Source: Macrostomum lignano | Lineage: Eukaryota | Assembly: GCA_002269645.1 (NCBI GenBank) | Contig: NIVC01005183.1 | Location: 1 to 23,302 of the forward strand | Direction: 5' to 3' | DNA: 23,302 nt | Shown here: positions 1-9,706 of the stretch, one piece after another | How the letters are laid out: every line of letters begins with the position of its first letter | Numbering within the stretch: position 1 is the stretch's first letter | Translations under genes and position numbers: made by a program | Notes under the pieces: generated by a model | What the model saw: the letters and a program-made list of their open reading frames with translations, nothing else | Databases searched by the model: none | What the model was told of the DNA's origin: nothing

Positions 1-470
1 TCCTCTCTATCAGCGCCTTTCTGTCTCGTCTCTATCAGTCGCCTGTCTGTCTCCTCTCTATCAGCCGCCTTTCTGTCTCGTCTCTATCAGTCGCCTGTCT
101 GTCTCCTCTCTATCAGCGGCCTGTCTGTCTCCTCTCTATCAGCGGCCTGTCTGTCTCCTCTCTATCAGCGGCCTGTCTGTCTCCTCTCTATCAGCGGCCT
201 GTCTGTCTCCTCTCTATCAGCGGCCTGTCTGTCTCCTCTCTATCAGCCGCCTTTCTGTCTCGTCTCTATCAGTCGCCTGTCTGTCTCCTCTCTATCAGCC
301 GCCTTTCTGTCTCGTCTCTATCAGTCGCTGTCTGTCTCCTCTCTATCAGCGGCCTGTCTATCTCCTGTCTATCAGCCGCCTTTCTGTCTCGTCTCTATCA
401 GTCGCCTGCCTTTCTCCTCTTTATCAGCTTTCTTATCTCTATCAGCTCTATCTCTATCTCTATCAGCCGC
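1..470. repeat. 26-bp minisatellite (TCTCCTCTCTATCAGCGGCCTGTCTG), runs off window start
   Basis: CTGTCTGTCT recurs at 121 and 147 (period 26); variant units occur and the array decays after about 400. Confidence 0.95.
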
Positions 471-591
471 CCCATCTATGTCTTTATCAACGGCCTGCCT
501 ATATATTCTCTATCAGCACCTGTCTGTCGACTTCATGCTGTTTATTATCAGATGGCTATCTGCATGTACGTATACATGTATAATTTTTACT

Positions 592-771
592 TTATATATA
601 CGAGCGTAGATAAGTAGATTTTGAATATTTATTGCGAGCTTTTTCTTTCTTGTCTTTGCAAAAATCTACATGTATACAAGGCTGGGGTAAACAGATGAAG
701 CCAATGAGCCTATGGTTTTGGCGGTCCACCTTGTTGCAGTGATTGCAGTCTGAGAACGAGGTGATGGTTTT
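592..771 (-). CDS. Possible terminal exon encoding a Cys/His-rich, ZZ-zinc-finger-like peptide
   Basis: Minus-strand acceptor AAAATTTTCCAG at 773-772, then KTITSFSDCNHCNKVDRQNHRLIGFICLPQPCIHVDFCKDKKE...stop. The CxxC...IGF.C..C.HVDFC pattern loosely resembles ZZ fingers, but the last Cys is missing and no upstream exon was found. Confidence 0.22.
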   Translation of the reverse strand, partial: KTITSFSDCNHCNKVDRQNHRLIGFICLPQPCIHVDFCKDKKEKARNKYSKSTYLRSYI

Positions 772-2838
772 CTGGAAAATTTTAAGAATCCACAGCATTT
801 TTTCTTCACATCTTGCATGCGACTACTTGAAGTAAAAATTTACGAGTATGATGAGAAAAAATAAAATATAAAATTACAAGAACTTGTTTGCAAAAAATCG
901 TTTTTTTACAATTTTTTACTTTTACTTTATTCTTCTTCCTTAAGTTTTGAAAAATATTAACTATATGATAAAAAAGGTTAAAAGTATACTAGAGGTACTT
1001 TTTTCTTTCAAAAACAAGGTAATAATGCCAAAATAAATGCTTATGTTGAAAGCTGAAACATTAGTAGGTCCTTCAGAAGAATTTCGAAATGGGCAAAGTA
1101 TCAGCTCTGCTTTAAAGAACTTGTGTTTTTTAAAAATTCTTTAATGCTTTTCCGATTTGACTGTCTAAAATAAGTAGAAAAATATGGCTTTTTATCAATT
1201 TAGCATGAAAGAGTTTAAAGAAATGGCAAAAAGGTAAAAATTCACGATTTTTCTATTCAATGGGGGGTACTCTATTCAAATGCAGATAAACAATATTTTT
1301 CTACATTTATCTAAGCGAAAGTTATACTTTTTAGAAAGAGTATGAATTAATCTTTACAATGATATATATTTTAGAAAAAACGAACGAGAAATAAAAAAGT
1401 TATTAGTGTTCAAACACAAAAACCGAACGTCAGATACCCTGTTCGGTTTGAAGATACCCTAGAATCATCGTTCGGTTTTGAGATAAAATCATCAATAACT
1501 TTTTTTCTACTTGTGCAATAAAGTAAAGCGAACATTCATTTGAAAGAAAAAAATGTTTTAAACAACTTCGGAGTAGTTTCATTTTATTACACATTAAACT
1601 TTTTTTGCTATCTATGAGAGAATGTCGAAAATGACACTTTCATGTTCGGTTGATGAGATCTTACCCTATATAGCCTTATATAAGATATTAAAATATACAT
1701 TCCCAGTTGTTTGAAATAAGACTCAAGAGAAATTGCACTTTGAGCCTTAAAATCGCACCTTGAAATTTGTCTCTGGCAAAAAAAACCAGTTTGTGATAGA
1801 GAAGACAAAGCATTGACAGCTAATTTTGTAATAAATAATAAAAGTTACTTATTACATGTTGCAATTTATCTGATGCACCCTATACTTAAATAGGCCTAGT
1901 AAAATAAGAACATAATTTGTCACAATTTCCTATAACTTTTATAATTGCAAAATCGCATATTCACATTTAATATATTATTGCCTTATTTTAATTAAATTGC
2001 AAACATTTCAATTTGTGTGCTAGAGTTCTAACATCCTATATTCATATTTGTAACTAAGTGAGTCTAGTAGAGTTGAGACAAGAGCCTAGTATTTTGTTTA
2101 ACAACAAAAATCTTTTAATATTAATAAACCTGTGAAATTACTATCTATAACTATATTGATAATAAACAAGACAGTAGGCCTAGGCCTATGTCTAGTGTCA
2201 AATTCAGAGCTAGGCCTACAAATCCGAAACAAAATCAAAGTACTTACAACAGAAGATGAAAAGCAATAACACATTAAAAAGGCGTATGATTCTAAACGCA
2301 ATTGAACTCATTTTGGAACTGAGCGGAGCCGGTCTTCCTTGCTAAACTTAAAAATGAGACGATTGGTAACAAATAAATTACCTAATAATATGGTTTGTTA
2401 TGATTAAAACTTAATAAAAATGAAACGAAACTTTGCTGCCTAAAAATTGAATCGTTCAATTAATACTTTAGAAGCATGGGGCTAAGATAAAGAATGTTCG
2501 AGAACTTCTTTCTCAGAGTGCTGATACTGCTATGTATTATGACCGGATTTTTAGTTCTCGGTTCAGTTCCGAAATTTAAATTAATTCACTCCGGATTGCC
2601 TCTAAATAGTTAGTGTATAAACAAAGTAAAAACATTTCTGCTCCAATTGCACTTAAACAGCAAATAAAAAAGCATTGCCATTGCAATAAATATTTAAATT
2701 ATATTATTTTTTGATGATAGTTTTACATTTTATTGTAATTTTTTCGTCAGTCATTTTAGCGCGCATATGAAACTTATGCATACGAAATTCAATAAGCACA
2801 TTGCTTTCGAATTGCTTGGAGAATGCCTAAGGCAAAGG

Positions 2839-3027
2839 CAGTGGCGCAACCAGGTGGGGGGCGGGGGCGGTCGCCCCCCTCTTATAGGCGCGGAGACCCA
2901 AAAAATCAAAGAATCAGAGGGGGGACCAAGCGAATTTTCGCCAAAACAGAGCCACCCCTCCGACCCCTCTCCCGGGACTTTACCCTCCAGAATCCGCCCC
3001 CTCATAAAATTTCTGGTTGCACTACTG
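2839..3027. mobile_element. 189-bp MITE with CAG...CTG termini (hAT-like)
   Basis: CAGTGGCGCAACCAG / CTGGTTGCACTACTG (13 of 15 inverted match). GC-rich island in AT-rich DNA with an internal near-palindrome GGGGGCGGTCGCCCCC (2863-2878). No TSD retained. Confidence 0.65.
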
Positions 3028-3441
3028 AACGAAAGTTTCCTTACACACCCTCTCTTCAATATAAATTTATAATTATATTATATTTCAATATAAAATTATA
3101 ATATTTTACATATTATAATTTTAATTTTAATTTTAATTACATGTATATATAATAATATAATTAAAAAAGATATTTAATTTATCTGCACTTTCTTTGAAAA
3201 TTTAATCTCATAAGAATAAAATATAAGCATAAAAGTCATGCTCAAATGTCTTTTGCTGAGCAAAACTGTCACTCTATAATGATGGTATGAAATATTTACG
3301 CGTAGATGAACTTTGTTTTAGTTTTTAGTTACTCTTAAGACTAGAAAAAAAATTACCTGGGACTAAATGAAGTATAATTTGTTTTAACTAATTGTTTTAC
3401 TTAAATGAATAAAAAATATTACACTGTAAAAGTTAGCTCAT

Positions 3442-3950
3442 AACAGCAACAACAACAACAAATTCTGCAGCTAGCAATCAAAGTCACAGAGCAGGGTGCT
3501 TCAGATGGCGCGCCGCAGAGCCTGAGAGCGGACGAAGTCCGCCCCGTTGGCAGTGTCGGGGCGCCCTGGCGTCGCGTACGTAGGAGGCAGTCCACGTATC
3601 AACGGGTTTGGGCCTGACCCCGCCTGAGCGGGCCCTGCAGAGTGAGCAACAGGACGTCCTGAACAGGTTGGCGTGTTGACAACCAGTCCGACGCTCAATG
3701 CCACCTTGACCAACCTGTCGATCTGGCGGGATGCCACCTTGAACGGACGAGGACAGGAGAGCGAGTTCGTCGGCGTAGCCAAGCAAATAATAATAAGGCG
3801 CTTTTCACCGTGGCGGCGACCGATGCGTCTGCGCAGCGCAGGAAGCCGTCGTTAGTCGAGGATACTGCGGTCCGAAGCACCCAGTGGCAGCAGCACGAAG
3901 AGAAACGGCGCCAAAGTGTCGCCATGCAGAACTCCTGATGAAGTGTCGAA
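3442..3950 (-). mobile_element. Degenerate, 5'-truncated and internally deleted RTE-clade non-LTR retrotransposon (RT fragment, 3' end, (TTG)n tail)
   Basis: Across frameshifts it reads FDTSSGVLHGDTLAPFLF (RT motif B'), WVLRTAV..NDGFL, LGYADELALLSSSV (YADD-like), RQIDRLVKVALSVGLVVNT, then jumps to QPVQDVLLLTLQGPLRRGQAQTR*YVDCLL...GADFVRSQALRRAI*. A short 3'UTR and a TTGTTGTTG tail (3442-3460) follow. Confidence 0.85.
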
Positions 3951-3970
3951 CTGATGATGATTTACATGTA

Positions 3971-4447
3971 TGTAATCGCCCTACTAGTGAACCGTCTTCT
4001 CATGGGGGAAGGATCAGATCGTATGACTATGGATGGCTGCCAGCCGTCTATGACCAGACTATGACCGACAGATCGCCCTTCAGATTGTCCCGCCCATGCA
4101 TATTGATAACAATTTTTGGTAGTGCTATATTAGAGACGCGGTAAGGACCCAAATGTGCCCCATCGATAGCTAAGGTGCAAATATTGATCATCGGGTTATT
4201 GCATGACCCACTGGCTGCCACCACTCTGTGACCTGGCGAACCTGGATCTACGGTATGACCAGACCTGGCGAGGCCGGAGCCCCGCCTGGGATGGGTATCA
4301 AGGGTTGGAGCTAGCGGCGAGCAGCATGCAGCCGAATAGCTATAATAGGAATCTGCTTGGGCACAAATCGGGAACTCCGGGATCATACAGACGGATTTTT
4401 ATCAGGGGATCCTTTTAAGGCTGTGATGACATACGGTTCAGATTGCA
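3971..4447. mobile_element. Unclassified 477-bp insertion, possibly LTR-like
   Basis: TGTAATC...GATTGCA imperfect inverted ends, internal repeats of TATGACCAGAC and a TATAAT near 4342; lies between two RTE fragments. No TSD found. Confidence 0.25.
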
Positions 4448-4514
4448 AAAAGTACATGTAGTGTATAGAGAAAACGTAGAACAGCTATACATGTACATCT
4501 AGTTTGGATTGATC

Positions 4515-4815
4515 AATGGGTTCGGGCCTGGCTCCTCATATGAAAGGTTTTCCTCTCCACATGGAGCACCAGACCGCTGATGTGATGAACCACTGCTGGC
4601 CGCAGCGTGCGTCTGCGTCGTGGCATGTCAGGTCCGCTGATACGTCAGCAGACACAGAGTCAGCATCTCGGTCTTCAATATGCTGACAACGCTTGAACCC
4701 ACCTCTTTCTGTGCTTTCAACAGACGAGAAAAAGAGGCTGAGGTCGCCAGCGTTGCCAAACAAGCTTAGGTGTTTTTTGCCGCTGTGGCGAACGATGCGT
4801 CTCCACAACAGATAA
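4515..4815 (-). mobile_element. Second degenerate RTE fragment of the same family
   Basis: LLWRRIVRHSGKKHLSLFGNAGDLSLFFSSVES is a decayed version of the GYADD region, followed by ILKTEMLT, SADLTCHDAD and SGLVLHV, then joined to RSQARTH (the RRGQARTR segment). Confidence 0.7.
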
Positions 4816-5333
4816 AAAAAGCAGGAAGAAATCTCTCCATTTCAGCATTCGAGGTGTGCCACGAAGCTCACAGATGTTCAATTGAAAAGATATTTTTGGT
4901 GTAAAGTCTACTCAGATGTTATATTGCAAAAATGCTTTTAGTTTAATTTTAAAAAGATTTTCCTCGCTGTAGTATGCATTTGATTTTTTGTTTATTTATT
5001 TTCGTGGAACTGAACGTGGAACTGAAAATCCGGTCATCTATGTATTGGTTTCCCGACAGACATTCAGACAGACATTCAGAAATTGTTCATTAAATGTTTA
5101 ACAAAATTGTCTATTTATTACGCAAGATGCTGTGAATTTATAGAAACTTTTACGCATGTCTCTGCTTTAAAAAGACACCTCAGACACACACAAAGACGCT
5201 TCACAAGCTGAGATATTCCCTAGCAACTGTTGTTACGACGTTTCCCAATATACCGAATACTGTATATAGTAGTTTTTTGAGAAGCCGCTACATCGTCCCA
5301 CTTTGGTCTTTCTGCATGAAATTTGCACAGCTG

Positions 5334-5412
5334 TTTTACGCATGTCTCTGCTTTAAAAAGACACCTCAGACACACACAAAGACGCTTCACAAGCTGAGAT
5401 ATTCCCTAGCAA
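5334..5412 (+). repeat. 79-bp direct copy of the inner part of the left TIR (5148-5226)
   Basis: TTTTACGCATGTCTCTG...GATATTCCCTAGCAA reads identically at 5148-5226 and 5334-5412. Confidence 0.9.
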
Positions 5413-7806
5413 ATTCCCTAGCACCTCGTCCGATGACGTGCCACTCCCAGCGTTCTTGCGATTGGGGTTCTACCTTCATTACAAAAGTAAGTTCTCTCTT
5501 GCACCCCTGCATCTTGCACGCAGCCCTTACTGTCCAGAAATTCGTAGATTTTTTTACTGTCCTCTGATAGTGCAGTGATACGGCTAATGCTTTTTGTATA
5601 TTGTATCAGTTTGCATCTCTGCAGCTCACTTCTGCCGGCTGATTTCTTCTGTGATACATTGTGATGAGAGGTTCTCAGTAAGCAATTATGGCAATTAATT
5701 TATGGCAATTATGGCATATTGCACGAGGTGTCTCGTACTTGAAAATCTTGAAAGTCTAGTGCTTGTAGCCATTTATTGAAAAAAATTTAATGGAAAAAAT
5801 TACATGTATGCATGTAATTACGTGCACAACATGCATCAAAAATGAGCAGAGCAATAAGCATGAATAAAGCACAAATTTATGTGGTTGCACAAAAATGGCG
5901 CACTGGTAGTCAGACACGAAGCCTGCGGAAAATCAGCCTTCAAAAATTTTTCCGTAGTTCGTGAGTGCCGAGTCCTTCTTCTCGCACTACAGTGGTCCTT
6001 GCCTATATAGCCATTCGTAGACGTCAGTCTCTCACAAAGCCAAAAAATATGCTTATATGCTTACTTCTTCCTTGGTAGGGAAACTCATTGAGATGATGAC
6101 CAGGAACAAAGCCAAAATGCATATTGACAACCTCATGCCGAAAAAAAACTGTCAGATGAATTAAGTACCAAAATATGCTAGTGCTTATTGTACTCTTGCC
6201 AATATAAGATAGAGATATTGTAGTCAGCAGAGACAATTCATCCATATTGTCAAAATGAGCTTGTTAGTGAGAAAGATTATATACCAAAACAGGGTGCAGG
6301 CATATTCTGTGTTAGGCCTCTTGCGTAATGTACATGGCAAAATGACAACGAATGTACATAAAGAAAAACTGCCTCCTGTACAGTGTTAATATTGCTGATA
6401 GATCTGCCTAAAGTAAAGTGCTTCAGATCGGTAGAAGGCAAATACAAGTATAACGTACATTCCATGCCGGTGTCCAAATGCAAGTTAGATATGAGCATGC
6501 CTTCAGGCAACCGTTGCTAGGGAATATCTCAGCTTGTGAAGCGTCTTTGTGTGTGTCTGAGGTGTCTTTTTAAAGCAGAGACATGCGTAAAAGTTTCTAT
6601 AAATTCACAGCATCTTGCGTAATAAATAGACAATTTTGTTAAACATTTAATGAACGATTTCTGAATGTCTGTCTGAATGTCTGTCGGGAAACCAATACAT
6701 GATACTGCTCGCTTTAATTGAGTTTAAATATTTAATTTCTTTAATTTAAATTGCTGCCCGTAGTTTTTGTTTGCAAATAAGTAAAACTGTATTCAATTCA
6801 ACAGAACTTAATTTAATTTGTGCGATACCGCTTCTTTAATTTAAGGAGTTTCCATAACGTGCTTGTGGTAGCAGTTGTTTTAATGAACACTTTCTTGAGC
6901 TTCGAATTTATCGATTTGTTCAGCTATAAACACAATTTAAACGTCCAATTATTTTTGTAGGTGTGCTGCTGTAAATTAGCAGCCTTCGTTGCCAACTCTT
7001 CCTTTGACCCTTAAATGATACTGTACTATTGTCTCTGGTTCTGATGATTATCCATACGCGATGATGCATCACATGTATACGTGTGTAGTACATATGCAGT
7101 GCTTAATTAAACAAATGGCGCGCAGTCTTTGCAACGAACTACTTGTAAACAGTGACTGCCTTTCGAACTTAAAATATAGCCCACTACATGTACACTCGAG
7201 CCTCCTAGACCAATTATGAGTTTTATGCATCTGGAGTGGAACCGGCGTTTTTCGATCACAATTACGAGCTACCTCGAGGCCATGCACGCACACAGAATAA
7301 TTATGGTTTGCTTCGTAATATTATGGATCACTAGTCATGATTTTCTTATTCGTCGATGTATACACGTAACTGGTAATGTAAAAGCACATTACATGTATAT
7401 TGTCGCTGACGTTGGATTGCTTTAGTACATGTAAGCCACTTACATGTACCTGAGATGGACAAAATGCGCTAAAATTATCAGAGGGGAGAGGATCATATAC
7501 ACTTTAGAAATTCAGTAGCTCTCATATAAATACGATCGAGGTAAAAAATTTTCTCTTTCCACTTCAGATGCTAATTGTATTGAACTCCTTATTCGCTTAG
7601 ACAAGTTTGGAGAGGCCGGTAAGGAACGTGTACTCGTACATGTACATGTATTTTTTTATATTGCCACTGCGCCGTTTAGTATGCTCTAGATAATCCCGAA
7701 CGCATAAATACGCTCGTATATATAGCGCTGCTGAATGGCCGGGGTTTCACCATAGACATTCACACGCCAATCCAATTCTTCTAGCGAACGTTTATAACGA
7801 CTAATT

Positions 7807-7904
7807 TTGCCTGCCGAACGTTTGCCAGCGGTACGTTTGCCTGCCGACGTTTGCCAGCCGACGTTTGCCAGCCGACGTTTGCCAGCCGACGTTTGCCAGC
7901 CGAC
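7807..7904. repeat. 14-bp tandem repeat (GTTTGCCAGCCGAC), about 7 units
   Basis: Four near-perfect units preceded by diverged ones. Confidence 0.9.
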
Positions 7905-8286
7905 GACGACACAAAATTAATGGCTATTGCATATGTATGATTCATAACTCAAAGAGCATCGCGCTAACGCATGCAGTGGACGTGTGGAGCAGTACTGTGT
8001 GGTCAACTTATGGAGATGAAAGACAGAATTCATAATTTTAATGATGAGCAGGATTAGAGCAGCTATACCCTCGTGGTTAGGGAAGGGTTTGTACTGTATG
8101 GGGCGTTGCAAGCTGAATGTCTTTACTGTTAGCCATGCGTAGCAATGGGCCATCCTCAAGCGATATTTTAATGTAACACTGGCCAGTTAGGGGAATATCA
8201 CCCTTTGCCTTGCCCCCGAACGACTACAAAGTACTTATAAGTACTATAATCACTCTACAAACTATACAGAATCTAAGAACTTCAAG

Positions 8287-9030
8287 ATGCTGAACTCCGG
8301 AGTTCAAGTCAAGCTGGCAATCATCCTTGCTGGCTCTGCAAGCTCCAGCTGCGATGCAGGACGCCTACAACCTGATCACCGGCTACTAGCTGTGAATCAG
8401 GAGCGACTTCATTGAGACTCCAGGTGGCTCAGGGACAAAGTATTTCTGTGCCGCCTGTGCAGCCGCAACCGCGCTGTCAGGCGTTCAGCCTGGCTGACGG
8501 TCCGTGTCAGCTGTTCGTGTTCGACAAGTGCAGCAAGTCGGTGAGGGACTGCGGCTGCTCCAGGAGAGGCCGCGTGTTTGTGAAGCAGCAGCCGGGACTC
8601 GAGGCGGGCGCGCTGTGTCCGTCTGGCTACGGAGACGACCTGTGCGGAGTGAAGTACAAGCTGCACTTTAACGCCGATCTCTGGTGGCCGAGCGACGCCT
8701 GTGCGAGTCGGAGAGCGGTCTGGTGATCATGGCCGACGTGGTGGACGCCTCCGAGATGAGCCACGTGGACTCGATCTACGACAGCCGGGCGGGCGGCACC
8801 TCGTTCTGGCTGGGCGGCCTCCAGCCGGCTGGCAGCCCGGAGCCAGCAGGCGGCTGGTACTGGGTCGGCTGCAACATCTCCGTTGACGCCAACTTGTGGG
8901 GCAGCGGAGAGCCCCAGGATCCGGAGAATACTATCGGAAGGTGGAACGGTCACGACAAGCTGTCCGACTTCAGAGACTACTCCGCTACCCGCGAGCCGTC
9001 CTGTGCGAATGCTGGTCTCCCTTCGACTGA
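8287..9030 (+). CDS. Intronless secreted PAN/apple-like + C-type lectin domain protein, at least 4 frameshifts (pseudogene or consensus errors)
   Basis: ATG at 8287 begins MLNSGVQVKLAIILAGSASS (signal-peptide-like). PAN-like CAAC..QPRCQAFSLADGPCQLF follows. CTL hallmarks: CPSGY..CGVKYKLHF, LCESE, FWLGG.QPAGSPEPAGGWYW, LWGSGEPQD, KLSD, terminal VLCEC; stop at 9028-9030. The pieces lie in different frames. Confidence 0.72.
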
Positions 9031-9706
9031 CAAGCGCAGCTATAATAAAAACTCTCCTTTTAATCAGCTCCTTTTCGCACGGTGGCTCTGCCGGATCGCC
9101 CTCGCGTAAGCTATTGGGTTTCTCTGAACGTATAGTTAATTAACTCCAATAATACAATATTCAACAAACCTTTATTCATTGATTAACAAGCCTTAGCCTA
9201 ATCTTCGAATACTTTGCTTTCGGGGCGTAAATCTAACAATTCTCAACTTTAAGCAAGCTCTGAAAACAAACGGTCCGTAATATGCTATACGCTGGTGGCA
9301 GCACTTGCACTACCCTACTTATACATGTAGTATCAATTAGAGAATATCGAAGTACAATGAATTCGGTGTCAACAACCGCGCCAAATTTAAGACCGCTCGA
9401 CTACGACTTCATCTAACCGCCGGAATTAAGGACCCGGCAGAAGCAACGAGTTTTACTCGGCGAGATTTCCGGTTTGAAACGCGCGAACTCAAACGCAGGC
9501 GGCAATTCAAAATTCTAAAATCGCAGGGCCCGACAGTTTAAAGTTTATTTTAAACGCAAAGCCTGAACGATTCTCTGTCGTTTGTCTGTTCTTTAACTAT
9601 TTTTTAAACTTTCCTTCTGAACTAAAATATCAACGCGAAATGTTTCTACTGCAGATGTTCTGTAGGAAGTTGCGCGAGTATAATTTTACAATTTTGTTTT
9701 TCCGCT

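Larger units (their letters stand above)
2539..5037. mobile_element. Nested non-autonomous TIR element with 9-bp TSD (MULE-like)
   Basis: Perfect 13-bp TIR ATGACCGGATTTT (2539-2551) / AAAATCCGGTCAT (5025-5037), extending imperfectly to about 35 bp. Perfect 9-bp TSD CTATGTATT at 2530-2538 and 5038-5046. Confidence 0.8.
2532..6700. mobile_element. Non-autonomous Mutator(MULE)-like DNA transposon, long TIRs, 9-bp TSD; left TIR interrupted by a nested element
   Basis: TIRs 5040-5232 and 6508-6700 (193 bp, two mismatches seen), termini ATGTATTGGTTTCCCGACAG / CTGTCGGGAAACCAATACAT. Perfect 9-bp direct repeat GATACTGCT at 2523-2531 and 6701-6709. The first 7 nt of the left TIR (ATGTATT) are at 2532-2538. 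Length without the insert is 1661 bp; no transposase ORF inside. Confidence 0.85.

Noticed and set aside
3935-3960. CTGATGA hammerhead-like cores (also 7043, and minus strand near 11750 and 16836)
   Set aside because: No stem II followed by GAAA and no stem I/III pairing; the 3935 instance is antisense RT coding sequence.
5233-6507. Transposase remnants inside the outer MULE-like element
   Set aside because: Short ORFs (5277, 6024, 6277) show no DDE, SWIM or FLYWCH motif that I can recognise.
7743-8135. Possible MITE bounded by AGACATTCA (7754) / TGAATGTCT (8114)
   Set aside because: Only 9 bp of perfect inverted match and no TSD; cannot be supported without a consensus.
8230-8245. 16-bp perfect palindrome AGTACTTATAAGTACT containing TATAA upstream of the lectin ATG
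   Set aside because: Could be a TATA box but is an AT-rich single instance with no supporting evidence.
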